Positions 50,043 through 61,500 of a DNA stretch of 64,000 nt are shown here, piece by piece. Both the position numbers and the translations under genes were made by a program. Origin of the DNA: an uncultured Verrucomicrobiae bacterium (GTDB lineage Bacteria > Verrucomicrobiota > Verrucomicrobiia > Chthoniobacterales > UBA10450); assembly GCA_963773185.1 (NCBI GenBank), contig CAVZAD010000015.1, positions 849-64,848 on the forward strand. Reading direction: 5' to 3'. Positions within the stretch are counted from its first letter, which is position 1, and each line of letters starts with the position of its first letter. The notes beneath the pieces were generated by a model. It was given only the letters and a program-made list of their open reading frames with translations. It searched no databases and was not told the DNA's origin.

Positions 50043-51911
50043 TTAGCGCTTCGGAGACGCCGAAACGGCAGGCGTTGCCTTCGTATTCGGTGCCGGCGTC
50101 CCGGCCGCAGCCGGTGTTGGACTGGCGGCGGTCACCGTTGCCACCAGCGGCAAACGCAACGCCCCTAAATCCGGCTTGCTGATGACGAACGTGCCTTCGC
50201 GCTCATCGGTGCGGGCGAACCACATGTCGTTACCGGCAGGGCCGCCCACTACCAGTTTGTGGCCGGCCTTGTCGTCGGGCGAAGTGGTAAATGTGATCGA
50301 GACCTGGGGCTTATCGAAACCGTCAGTTGGCGCGTTCGCCCCGGCCCAGCGCACGGCGCGCAAACCCGCGAGGGTATTCACGAGCGACTGCACATTTGTT
50401 TGATTGATCGGCTCCGTTCCGGTTACCCAGGTCCACTCGTTGCCCGCGTTGTGGATCAGAGCCAATTCGTGGTCCGTCACGACGCTGAGTTTGTGGACCT
50501 CCTCGGGTTTGAACCGAAAGATCGCAAGCTCCTGCCACTGCAGCGGATCGGCGAAAATGTTGTCGAGAAGGCTGCGGCGCACGGCGACAACAAAGGGCTC
50601 ATCGCCCAGGCGGGCATAGACATTCTCGCCCTCGGTTTTCCCGAACGCGATCGTCGCAAACGGATGTTCACCGGCCTGGGTCTCGGCGGTATTTTCTGAA
50701 GCAAACGAGCTGAAGGTCAATTGGAGCTGCGGCTTATCGAGTCCGTACTTCGGCAGATCGGAGGCTACGTCTTCGACGAATTGCGTGACCTGTTCGTTGC
50801 CAAGCAGTTCGAGCATCCGATTTACCTCGGCCGCGTTCGCGGTCTGGTCCTTCCGGCTTGCGATGGTCCAGCCTTCCGCAGTGCGGGCGAGCACGGTCTT
50901 GCCTTTCCCGGCTGCGTCGATCGTGACCCGGTCGAGAATATTCATGTCGATACGGACCAGGTGCCGATCGCGGATATCGGACGGCTTCGTTGCGAGAACG
51001 TCTTCAATTTTCTTCGGCAAGGTGTAGACGGCATTGCGCGCTGCGAATCGCACGTAGACCTGTTCCTTTGCTTTCTCCGGGATGCCGCCGATCTGGAGCA
51101 TTTGTCCTGTCTTATCCTCGGCCGTGAAGAGAGTGATCGAACCGCGCGGCTCGGCCAAACCATATGGGTGCAGGTCGCCGCGGTCTTCGGCTACGAATTG
51201 GTCGATGCGGGCCGTAGTGATTTGCGAGAGCAGATCGCCAATTTTTTGATCGTCGCCGCGCGCCCGCAACGGCTTGACGATCTCCCAATGGTCGGCCTTT
51301 TTTTCGAGCTCCATTTCGCCCGCGGCCGTCTTCAGGAGCACTCGCGTGACTTGCGCTGTGATGAGGTCCGTTAATTTCTTGTCCCGAAATTCCTCCGGCT
51401 TTTTCGAGATATCGTTGCGGACCGAACTTGCCGCCAAAAAGACATCGCTTTTTCCTTCCAACCGCACATACATCCTGCCTTCGAAAGCGGCGTCGCCGCC
51501 GAAAATGATCTCGGGCGGCATATCCTTGCCGAGCAATTTGAGGCGCAGCTTCGCGTTGCTCAAACCGAACTCGTCCAGGCGGCTCTTGTCCTTCGTAATC
51601 TCCTTTGACGGAATGGTGGAATACTTTTGCCAGCTCTCCAGTCCGGACAGGAAACCCTCAATCGCACTGTTATCGGCCAGATCTTTGAACGGCGCTTCAA
51701 TCCGCCATTTCCGATCCTGTCGCCGCAACTCGATCTTGTCGTCACCATTTTGAATCACGATTCCCTCAAGGTTATCCGGATCGAAATTGACCACGCTCTC
51801 GGCTTGCCGCCTGGCTTCGGAAGTGTTTGTGCCTTTGCTCTCGTAGAACTTGATGTAAAGGCCGAGCGCCACCACCGCCATCAGCAGGAAGAGCGTAGTC
51901 TTGGTTTTCAT
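50043..51911 (-). CDS. DUF4340-domain protein (last gene of the ABC-2/GldG-like operon)
   Basis: Intact. N-terminal anchor MKTKTTLFLLMAVVALGLYIKFYE. It has a repeated beta-rich architecture and sits after a GldG-like gene, which is typical for DUF4340. The start is taken at the ATG at complement 51909-51911. Confidence 0.55.
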   Translation of the reverse strand: MKTKTTLFLLMAVVALGLYIKFYESKGTNTSEARRQAESVVNFDPDNLEGIVIQNGDDKIELRRQDRKWRIEAPFKDLADNSAIEGFLSGLESWQKYSTIPSKEITKDKSRLDEFGLSNAKLRLKLLGKDMPPEIIFGGDAAFEGRMYVRLEGKSDVFLAASSVRNDISKKPEEFRDKKLTDLITAQVTRVLLKTAAGEMELEKKADHWEIVKPLRARGDDQKIGDLLSQITTARIDQFVAEDRGDLHPYGLAEPRGSITLFTAEDKTGQMLQIGGIPEKAKEQVYVRFAARNAVYTLPKKIEDVLATKPSDIRDRHLVRIDMNILDRVTIDAAGKGKTVLARTAEGWTIASRKDQTANAAEVNRMLELLGNEQVTQFVEDVASDLPKYGLDKPQLQLTFSSFASENTAETQAGEHPFATIAFGKTEGENVYARLGDEPFVVAVRRSLLDNIFADPLQWQELAIFRFKPEEVHKLSVVTDHELALIHNAGNEWTWVTGTEPINQTNVQSLVNTLAGLRAVRWAGANAPTDGFDKPQVSITFTTSPDDKAGHKLVVGGPAGNDMWFARTDEREGTFVISKPDLGALRLPLVATVTAASPTPAAAGTPAPNTKATPAVSASPKR

Positions 51912-52013
51912 GCGCTCCGGAGGGACGGGCTTTCGCACGTCCGCGTTTGCTCCTCGATGAACGAATGTTTGGACCTGCAGAAGCAGGTCCATCCGATTGA
52001 ACGTTCACGCTAT

Positions 52014-53550
52014 TCATGTCCGGCGCTGCCACCAAACGACCAAGCCCAGAACGGCCGGGACAAGTGGCATGATGAGAAGGATCAACCAGCGAAGATTTCC
52101 CAGGGCCTTTTCATCAAGGCTGAAAATGAGCGTGTGTGGAACTTTCGGCGCGATGCCAATGAGTTGCTCGCGGCTTAAGAGCCAGTTGACCGCGCCGGAG
52201 ACGAAGTCGAGCGCCTGCTGGTCCTCCGTGATTGTGGAGTCTTGGATGAAGAGGCATTGCTGACCACCACCAGGCGGGAGGAATTGGCCTGGACGCGTTC
52301 GTCCGCACTGCCTCCTTTTTCGATCGACGCCGAAATCGTGTGGATGGCCTCGCCATTGCGCGCCATGTCTTCCTGGAATTTCGCCTGGTCTTCCGAATTG
52401 TAATCGGCTTCGGCCCAGTAGCCTTTCTCCGCCTGGACCAGCGGTTGCAAACGGATATTGAGCGGCACGGACTCGCTCCGCTTCGAGTGCCAGCGAGGAT
52501 GCACCCCCCGGGAAAATCCCACGCGCTTCCGCCGAGGCGCTTCGTGATCGGGTTATCTCCCAGGAACTGAGCCTGCACGTCGCGGAGCAGGGCGACTTCC
52601 TGGATGCCCGTCTTAACCATGGCCATGAGCCGGTCGTCATTCACTTTCACGCCCAGCTCATTGAGAAAGGCGGTGAGCTTCGGTGTCTTCGCGCTGGGAT
52701 CGAGCAGGAGCAGAATGCGCCCTTGTTTCTCCCAAAAATCGCGAAGCAATTTCATTTCGCGATCGGAGAAATCGTACTGGGGGCCGAGCGATCATGATGG
52801 CCTTGAGCTCGGCCGGCACTGCACCCACGTCGAAGAGACTCAATTCCTGGAGCTTGATGTTTTCGTCCTTCGATAAAAGCCTTCAAGATCGGACTGGACT
52901 GGTTGGGGCCTCCGTTGGCATTGCGGTCGGGGGCGGCGGATCGGCGATCGGCGGCTCCTTGTGCCCGAGCACGTATCCGATGGTGTTCTTTTTCCCTTCG
53001 ACTAACTCCATCAGGGCGCCGGTCAACGCCTGCTCCCCCTTAAAGGCGGTGACCTTGGGGGGATCGCCGAACATTGGATTCCCCGGATCGATGTCAGCCA
53101 TCTCAGACGCCTTCACCGTTTTGTTCCGGCCATCGTAATCGAGAATCAAAAGGTCTTCGCCCGTGACCACCTTGTACTTGTCGAAGAGCGCCTTGGCCCG
53201 CGAGAGATTGCGCTCGGGATCAATGCTCTCCACATCCAGCTTCCCTTTGCCGGCATACTGATATTCCGTCAGCAATCCCTGGACATCGTTGGCGATCGGA
53301 TTGGTGGGGCCGAAGAAAACCGTGATCCGGGCCTTGCCCGGCATGCTCTGGAGAAAGCGTTTTGTTTTGTCCGAAAGCGCATACTTCTGGTCGCGGGAAA
53401 GGTCCCAGCGCCGGTAATGCTCAAACCCGAGATAATTCACCATGATGGCGATCACCAGCAGGATCGCGATTTGCACCACGACGTTGAGGCCGATCCGTAT
53501 GCGATGGATCTTCTGTGGCTTGGCCGGAGCTGGAGGTGTCGCTCGTCCAT
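52014..53550 (-). CDS. GldG-like ABC-transporter auxiliary component (multiple frameshifts as assembled)
   Basis: VVVQIAILLVIAIMVNYLGFEHYRRWDLSRDQKYALSDKT..ITVFFGP..YVLGHKE.., then pieces in ORFs 52658..52843, 52114..52755, 52175..52522 and 52014..52640, ending with a C-terminal TM helix LILLIMPLVPAVLGLVVWW. Confidence 0.6.
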
Positions 53551-53552
53551 CT

Positions 53553-54309
53553 TCACAGCCTCCATTTCCGCGCCTGAAAGGCCTGATAAGTCAGCGTCAG
53601 CATCACGATCGTCATGCTGAGATAAAGAACCATGGGACGCGTATCGATCTCCCCGCGCGAGAGCGTTCACCATTTGCTCGATCGCGGAAAAATATCCGAG
53701 CACCTGCCGCGTCGCGGAACTTACGTCCTGCAAGACATACGAAATGAGGCCGGAGAAAAAATGCAGCGTGATCGCGCAGAACGAGATGACCGCGGCCACG
53801 ATCTGGTTTTTGGTCAGGACCGAGGCCAGGCAGCCGACGGAAAGGTAGAACATCCCCAGCAGGAGAAGCATCAGATACGTGCCGCAATAAGCGCCGATCG
53901 AGTTGGCCGCCGGTTGATGGGTCACCGCTTGAAAGATCCAAAAGTAAAGAAGCGTGGGCAGCCAGAGGATCAAATAAAAGACCAGGGCGCCGAAGAATTT
54001 CGCCAGCACGACCTGCCAATCGCGGACCGGTGCGGTCATGAGCGGTTCGATCGTGCCCAGCTTAAATTCCTCCGCAAACAGGCGCATCGTGATCAGAGGA
54101 AAAATCAGGACGAACGCGAACCAGAAGAAGACTGAGTTGAAAAATGCTTCCTGCACGGAATAGGCCACGGCCTTTTGGTTCATGAACGAGAGCTGGAAAT
54201 AGAAATCCGCCCCGCTCAGAAAGAGAAAGAAGACCAGGACGATGTACGCGATCGGCGAGTAGAAGTAGCTGCGAACTTCGCGCGTGAGCAGAGTGTAGAA
54301 CTTACGCAT
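53553..54309 (-). CDS. ABC-2 type transporter permease (one frameshift near the 3' end as assembled)
   Basis: MRKFYTLLTREVRSYFYSPIAYIVLVFFLFLSG... with 6 TM helices. After ~53670 the correct frame reads SRGEIDTRPMVLYLSMTIVMLTLTYQAFQARKWRL*. Confidence 0.75.
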
Positions 54310-54318
54310 GACTTAGTT

Positions 54319-54474
54319 TGTCATCCTGACGCACGCAGACGCGGATAGACCCCGCAAATGCAATATTTGAGTTCTTGAAAACGTCGCGCGTGATCCACGG
54401 CTTGCGCCGATTGTAACGCAGAAGCGGTTGACCGATTGCGAGGTCCTTCGCCGTCTACGCGGCTCAGGGTGACA
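54319..54474. repeat. MITE/REP-like palindromic element, copy E, between the ABC ATPase and permease genes
   Basis: TGTCATCCTGACGCACGCAGACGCGGATAGACC ... GGTCCTTCGCCGTCTACGCGGCTCAGGGTGACA. Confidence 0.8.
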
Positions 54475-54513
54475 CGCATTCCTTTCTGCACGTTGGTTCG
54501 GGTCCTCATCGCT

Positions 54514-55452
54514 TTACACGGCGTCCGGGTGCGTAATCTCAACGAACACATCTTCCAGCGTCGCTTTTCGCTGCGACAGCTCGCGCAAGGTCCAGTGCCG
54601 CTCGCTGCGCCAGGCGAAAAATTTCCTCGCGCACATCCGTGTCTGGCTTCCACCCGAAGCGCAAAAATTCCCCATTCCCCATCAGTCGATGCGGTGACAT
54701 CGCGCACCCCCGGGATTTTCTTCAATTCCTCCGCGCCACTGTCCGAACCCACCTTCGCTTCGACCGTCACTCCGCCCGCCGTCCGGATTCGCCCGAGCAA
54801 ATTCTCCGGAGTGTCGCACGCCTCGATCCGGCCCTTGTTGATGATGATGACGCGACTGCAGGTCATCTCCACTTCCGGCAAAATGTGGGTGGAGAGAAGA
54901 ATCGTGTGCTGCTTGCCGAGATTCTTGATCAGGTCGCGCACCTGGCGAATCTGATTGGGATCGAGCCCGCTGGTCGGCTCATCAAGGATCAGCAAGTCCG
55001 GCTCGTGCACGAGCGCGTCGGCCAGGCCGACGCGTTGCCGGTAGCCCTTGGAAAGCGCGCCGATCAGTTTCTTTTCCACTTCCTTCAGTCCGCACAGCTC
55101 CTTCACGTCGCCGACCCGCTCCACCATGCGGCGACGCGGCACGCCCTTCAGCGCGGCGCGGTAATCGAGGTATTCGGTCACCCGCATATCGTTGTAGAGC
55201 GGGACGTTTTCCGGCATGTAACCGAGATGGGCCCGGGCCTGGAGCGATTGGCTCGAAAATGTCGAAGCCGGCGATCGAGGCGCGCCCGGAAGTCGGCGGC
55301 ATGAAGCTCGAGAGAATCCGCATCGTCGTGCTCTTGCCGGCGCCGTTGGGTCCGAGAAAACCCATGATCTCGCCTTTGCCGACCTCGAAATTCAGATCCT
55401 GGATCGCGGTCTGCCCGGCGTAGCGTTTGGTGAGATTTTCGACTTTGATCAT
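54514..55452 (-). CDS. ABC transporter ATP-binding protein (two frameshifts as assembled)
   Basis: FLGPNGAGKSTTMRIL (Walker A), LSKGYRQRVGLA (signature), LLILDEPTSGLD (Walker B), LSTHIL. Shifts fall near ~55260 and ~54640. The C-terminus reads ...TLEDVFVEITHPDAV*. Confidence 0.9.
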
Positions 55453-55500
55453 GAAGCGGTAGTGCTGTCAGACAACTGAAACGGAATTTGCGTTTAATTT

Positions 55501-56740
55501 TCACCGCGCGGTCAAAGGAACAGTTTCGACCTGTTGGCCCTGGCCGTTCGCGCGCACGATGCCGACGGTGAAATCGACACTCGTGCCGGATTCGACCCGC
55601 GCGAGCAGATTTTCCAGCTGTTTGATCGACGAAACATTGTAGCGGCCCACCCGATAAATGACGAGGCCGCGCCGGATTCCCGCCTGGTCGGCCGGGCTGT
55701 CGGGCTCGACCGCGCTGACCAGCACCCCGCGGCCCTGGACATATCCGAGCGCATCGGTCAGGTCCGGCGTCAGGTCTTGCAGCTGCATTCCGAAAAGCCG
55801 CACGGCCTGCGAACCGGCCGCTCCGGCTCAGCGGCTTGTTGTTTCGATGGCGGCTTGCTTCTGCGCGATTTCTTTGAATTGCGTGACGCTGGTCGCGGAC
55901 CGTTTCCGCGGGAATGGCGAAGCCCAATCCCTGGGTGGGAACGCCTTGCGGCGTGAAAGCCATTTTGGCCGAGCTGACTCCGACGAGGCGGCCGGAGAGA
56001 TCGATGAGCGGGCCGCCGCTGTTGCCCGGATTGATGGCGGCGTCGGTTTGCAGCAAATCCTTGTAATCGATTTCGTCGATGGTGATGTCGCGTTTGGTCC
56101 CGCTCAAGATTCCCCGGCTGATCGAGCTGCCGTATCCGGCCGCGTTACCGACCACGAGCACCGTTTGGCCCAGGAGGTTCGGGGAGATGTTGTCGAGATT
56201 GATAAAAGGGAAATCCGCTTTGGCGTCGATTTTGATGAAGGCGAGGTCCTTCTTCTCGTCGCCCGTGATGTAGTGGGCGTTGTAGGTCTTCCCGTCGTTC
56301 ATCGTCACCTCGATCTTCAAATCGGCCGCGCGCTGCACGACGTGCTCGTTGGTCACGATATAACCCGCGGGATCGACGATGAATCCCGAGCCAAGGCTCT
56401 GAAGGGTTTGCCGGATTTCGCGGGGCCGGCTGCGATAATTGCCGAAGAATTGCGCCGCGAAATCTTCAAACGGATCGCGCACCCGGCGCCGGACGATCCG
56501 CTCCGTATTGATGTTGACGACAGCGGGCAGAACCTTGGCCACAGCCAGCACCGCCGGCTCGGCGGCGGGGTCCGCCTGCGCAAAAAGAGAGGGCGCTGAG
56601 AGCGCGAGCAGTACAGCAGGGTCGGGACGGCGCGCTGCGCCGCTCCTGCTATGCGCACGGCATCGCGGCCAAACAAGAAGACGCGGACGCCGCAGCGCGG
56701 CGTCCCTACCCTGGCATGCCAACGGTTTTTTCGCAGTCAT
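55501..56740 (-). CDS. htrA: HtrA/DegP-family serine protease with PDZ domain (one frameshift as assembled)
   Basis: GSGFIVDPAGYIVTNEHVV (His), DLAFIKI (Asp), DAAINPGNSGGPL (Ser). The PDZ domain is in ORF 55501..55803. The shift is near ~55890. The N-terminal extent is uncertain. Confidence 0.88.
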
Positions 56741-56817
56741 CCGGCGCTGCAAGTAACGGAGCACCGCCGACACTGTCAACTTGCCGCCCTCGCAGAAGCC
56801 TTGCAGATTGAAGCGCC

Positions 56818-59573
56818 ATGCGTCCCTCTTTTGCCACTCGGCTAAACCTCGACCTGCTCGAGGAGAACTACGAGCGTTGGCAGAGCGATCCCGAATCGGT
56901 CGATTCCAGCTGGTCGGCGTTTTTCGAAGGCTTCGAGCTGGGCGATCTCCATTTGCTCAATGGCGCGGCGACAGCTGCCCAGCCGGGCGCGGAGGCGGGC
57001 GAGAGTCCGCTTCAGACCCGGATCGATGGGCTGGTCTACGCCTATCGGACGCTCGGGCACACCATTGCGCGGCTCGATCCTCTCGCGGAAAAGCGGCCGG
57101 AAAATCCGCTCCTGAGCCTGCGCGAGCTGGGCTTCAGCGAGAAGGACCTGGACATGCAGGTCTCGTCCAAGTTCTTTTTGGACAATCGCCAGATGACGCT
57201 GCGCGAAATGATCGCGGCGCTCGAAGGCATTTATGCGGATACGATCGGCGCCGAGTTTCAGCACATCCAGAACCCGCGCATTCGCAATTGGGTCCTGCAT
57301 CGGCTCGAATCACGTCCGGCCAAGCGCGATACCTCGCGGGAAACGCAGATCGCGATGCTTCGCACGCTTCTGGAAGCCGAAACGTTCGAGACTTTTCTGC
57401 ACACGCGCTACGTCGGGCAAAAGCGTTTTTCGCTCCAGGGCGCGGAATCGCTCATGGTCATTCTCGATACGATTCTCCACCGCTGCCCGGGAAGGGGATC
57501 GAGGAGATTTGCATGGGCATGGCGCATCGGGGCCGGCTCAATGTCCTGGCGAATTTCCTGAAAAAATCGCTCGAAGTAATCTTCACCGAATTCTCGACCA
57601 ACTACATTCCCAGACCTCGTGGCCGGTGACGGCGACGTGAAATATCACCTCGGTTATCGGACGGTCCGAAAACTCGGACGACGGCGCCGAGGTTGAGATC
57701 CGGCTCGCCGCCAATCCCAGCCATCTGGAAGCGGTCAATCCCGTGGTGGAGGGAACGGCGCGCGCCCGGCAGCGCATCCGGGGCGACACGGAATTGCGCC
57801 GGAAAGTTTTGCCGCTGCTCATTCACGGCGACGCCGCTTTTGCCGGCCAGGGCATCGTGGCGGAGACGCTCAACATGTCGCAGCTCCACGGCTACGGCAC
57901 CGGCGGCACCGTGCACGTGGTCGTGAATAATCAGATCGGTTTCACCACGCTGCCGGAGGATGCGCGCTCGTCGATGTATGCGACAGACATCGCGAAAATG
58001 ATCGAGGTGCCGATTTTCCACGTGAATGGCGACGACCCGCTCGCGGTGTTGTTTGTCGACCCAGATGTCGCTCGATTTTCGGCAGGAGTTCGGACGCGAC
58101 GCCGTGATCGACATGTATTGCTACCGGCGCTTCGGCCACAACGAAGGGGACGAGCCTTCCTTCACCCAGCCCGATCTTTACGCGGAAATCCGGAGCGCGC
58201 CCTCCGGTGGCCCAGCTCTACAAGAAAGAGCTGATCGAGGCTGGCACGTTGAGTGACGACGAAGCCGCCAGCCTGGAAGCGGAATTCGAGATGCGCCTCG
58301 AGTTGGTCTTGCAGGAAGTGAAGTCGATCGAGGAAGAAGCGGCCGGCGGCCAGGCGCGCTTCAAGGAATCGACCGCGGTTTTCCAGCCGCAATATACCGA
58401 CGAAGGCCAGCCGACCGCGATCAGTCCCGAGATGCTGCGCCAGATTGTCGATGGACTCACGACGCGTGCCGGAGGATTTCAACGTCATCCCGAAGATCCG
58501 CCGCACGGTGCTCGATCGGCGCCGCGAAGTTTTCGAGGCGGGCGGCCCCTACGAGTGGCATTACGCGGAAGCGCTGGCTTTCGGATCGTTGCTCCTCGAG
58601 GGAATCCCGGTCCGGCTTTCCGGGCAGGACAGCCGGCGCGGGACGTTCAGCACGCGTCACTCGGTCATCTTACGACGCGAAGACCGGCGAGCCCTACATG
58701 CCGCTGCGTCATCTCGCGGAGAAACAGGCGCGCTTCTGCGTTTACAACAGCCTTCTCTCCGAAGCCGCCGTCCTGGGGTTCGATTACGGTTACTCGCTCG
58801 ATTACCCGAACATGCTTTGCCTGTGGGAGGCGCAGTTCGGCGATTTTGCCAACGGCGCGCAGGTCATCATCGACCAATTCATTGTTCCGGCGGAATCGAA
58901 ATGGCAGCGGCCAAGCGGCATCGTTTTGCTCCTGCCGCACGGTTACGAAGGGCAGGGGCCGGAGCATTCCAGCGCGCGGCTCGAGCGTTTTCTCCAAGCG
59001 TGCGCCGAGAACAATATCCAGGTCTGCAACGTCACAACTTCCGCCCAATATTTTCACGTCCTGCGCCGCCAGATGAAGCGCGATTTCGTCAAGCCGCTCA
59101 TCATCATGACGCCGAAAAGTCTGCTCCGCTCGGAGCAAGCATCGTCCCGGACAGAGGATTTCACGAGCGGCGGGTTCGCGGAAATTCTGGGATCGCCCGA
59201 AGTGGGGCCGCCCGAAAAAATAAAGCGCGTCATTCTTTGCTCAGGCAAAGTTTACTACGATCTCCTGAATCATCGGGAGACCGAGAAGATTACCAACGCC
59301 GCCATCGTCCGCGTGGAACAACTCTATCCGCTGGCCGAAGACAAATTGCGGGAGGCGGTCAAGCCGTTTCCAGCGAAGGCGAAATTGATCTGGTGCCAGG
59401 AAGAATCGCAGAACATGGGGGCCTGGACTTACATGGAGCCACGGCTGTGGGCGCTTTTCCGCCGCGAAATCACCTATGCAGGCCGGAACGCCAGCGCCAG
59501 CCCGGCGGTCGGTTCGCTCGCCATTCACAAGCGCGAGCAGGAGCAATTGATCGCCGAGGCCTTCAGTTTGTAG
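56818..59573 (+). CDS. sucA: 2-oxoglutarate dehydrogenase E1 component (about 7 frameshifts as assembled)
   Basis: The pieces read in order across three frames: [21 protein letters not shown]; [16 protein letters not shown]; GDVKYHLGY; [38 protein letters not shown]; [22 protein letters not shown]; [42 protein letters not shown]. Shifts fall near 57490, 57612, 57670, 58055, 58205, 58465 and 58675. Confidence 0.9.
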
Positions 59574-59655
59574 AGCGAGGCTCGTGATAGTTTCCCCATT
59601 CCCAATTCACTGATCACTATTCACTTTCCACATTTCCGCATAAGGTAACGCCTTC

Positions 59656-60906
59656 ATGAGCACCGAAGTAAAAGTTCCGGCCGTTGGCGAATCGATCACC
59701 AGCGGTGTCGTTTCCGTCTGGCACAAGAAATCCGGCGACCAGGTCAAAGCCGGCGATGCGCTCTTTACCCTGGAGACAGACAAGGTCTCCACTGAAATCA
59801 CGGCCGAGAAGGACGGCGTTCTGCAAACGCGGGTCGCGGAAGGCGCGGAGGTGAAGATCGGCGACGTCGTGGCAGTGATCGAAGAGAGCTCCGGCGGCGC
59901 CGCGAAACCGGCGACGGAGCCGAGTGCATCCAGAGCGGAGACCAAGACTGGCGGAAAGCAAGATGCGCCGAAGCAGGCCCCTCCGGCAAAATCATCCGAC
60001 GCCATGTCTCCGGCGGTGCGACGCGTGGTGGCGGAGGAGAAGCTTGATCCTGAGAAGATCACCGGGAGCGGCAAAGGCGGCCGTTTGACGAAGGGCGACG
60101 CGCTTGCCGCCGCGCAGAATCGCGAGGCTTCTCCGGATGCGTCATCCGCACCGGACGCGAGTGCCGGTGAACGCGCGGAAGAAAAACCCGCGGCTCCGGC
60201 CAGCAGCGAACGGTTCACGCGCAAGAAAATGTCGCCGCTCCGGCGCAAAATCGCGGCGCAGCTCGTCATGGCTCAGCACACGACTGCGATGCTTACCACC
60301 TTCAACGAATGCGACATGACAGCTGTGCAGGAGTTGCGGGCGAAGTCACAGGACGCTTTCACGAAAAAGAACGGACTGAAGCTCGGCTTCATGTCGTTCT
60401 TCATCAAAGCGGCCGTGGAAGGATTGAAAGCGGTGCCGCCGATCAACAGCCGGATCGAGGGCGACGACATCATTCAGAATCACTTCTTCGACATCGGCGT
60501 CGCGGTCGGAACCGAGCGGGGGCTGGTCGTGCCGGTGGTGCGCGATGCGGACAAGAAAAGCTTCGCTGAGATTGAGCGCGACATCGCGGATTACGCGACG
60601 CGAGCGCGCGAAGGAAAGATCAAGATCGAAGATTTGCAGGGCGGCACGTTCACGATTTCGAATGGCGGCGTTTACGGCTCATTGATGGGCACTCCGATCT
60701 TGAATCCGCCGCAGAGCGGAATCCTCGGCATGCACGCGATTCTCAAGCGGCCGATCGCGATCAAGGACGAGGTGGTTATCCGCCCGATGATGTATCTCGC
60801 GTTGAGCTATGATCACCGCGCCGTGGATGGGAAGGAAGCGGTCACGTTCCTCATTACGGTGAAGCAGTGCATCGAGGATCCGACGAAGCTTTCGCTCGAT
60901 TTTTAG
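59656..60906 (+). CDS. sucB: Dihydrolipoamide succinyltransferase, E2 component
   Basis: Intact. Lipoyl domain [23 protein letters not shown]; E3-binding domain [15 protein letters not shown]; catalytic domain [13 protein letters not shown]. Confidence 0.92.
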   Translation: MSTEVKVPAVGESITSGVVSVWHKKSGDQVKAGDALFTLETDKVSTEITAEKDGVLQTRVAEGAEVKIGDVVAVIEESSGGAAKPATEPSASRAETKTGGKQDAPKQAPPAKSSDAMSPAVRRVVAEEKLDPEKITGSGKGGRLTKGDALAAAQNREASPDASSAPDASAGERAEEKPAAPASSERFTRKKMSPLRRKIAAQLVMAQHTTAMLTTFNECDMTAVQELRAKSQDAFTKKNGLKLGFMSFFIKAAVEGLKAVPPINSRIEGDDIIQNHFFDIGVAVGTERGLVVPVVRDADKKSFAEIERDIADYATRAREGKIKIEDLQGGTFTISNGGVYGSLMGTPILNPPQSGILGMHAILKRPIAIKDEVVIRPMMYLALSYDHRAVDGKEAVTFLITVKQCIEDPTKLSLDF

Positions 60907-61456
60907 CGGGTTCTCGGTCTGGCAGAAAGACGGGCGCGCGTCATGCGTTCGCGCAGGCCGCCTTCGCTCAGGAAGGCTTTCTCCAACTGGCGAAGTTGCT
61001 GGTCGAGCAGGTAGTTGGTTTGTTGAATAAGGCAGACAAGGATGTTCGCTACTACTTGCGCGGGCGCGTCTCGATATAGGTCCATAGGCTCATAGGACCT
61101 ATTTGTGCGGCTGCCCAGGCGCCGCACGAATCGCGCTTCCCGGCTGTTTTTTCCCAGAGCGATAGCTTCCGCACCCGCAGAAAATCGCGATAATCTTCCA
61201 ATGACTCCTCCAGGCTCGCGCGCGCCACATTTATGAGTTTTATCTCCGCCTCCTTCGAGGTTCCCGAGGCCTGGCTTCCTTCGAGGATATTCTGTTTCCC
61301 GGAGCGAGCGGCCTGTACCATCTGTGCGACGGTTCGGTCTCGCCTATCGAGAAACCGTTCGCAAAATCGCACCGTGCCGTCATAGACAATCCTCGCTTTC
61401 TGGAACGAAAGCAGGTCTTCATAACCGCCATGGGGCGGAATAAAGTTCTGGGGCAC
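60903..61456 (-). CDS. Four-helix-bundle protein (23S rRNA intervening-sequence protein family) with suffix domain (one frameshift as assembled)
   Basis: [41 protein letters not shown] is typical of the family. The C-terminal part lies in ORF 60903..61127. The shift is near the ATAGGTCC..GGACCTAT hairpin at ~61077-61103. Confidence 0.6.
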
Positions 61457-61500
61457 GGTAGACAGGCTATAGGTCGCATGAGACTTATACGATTCAGAAA

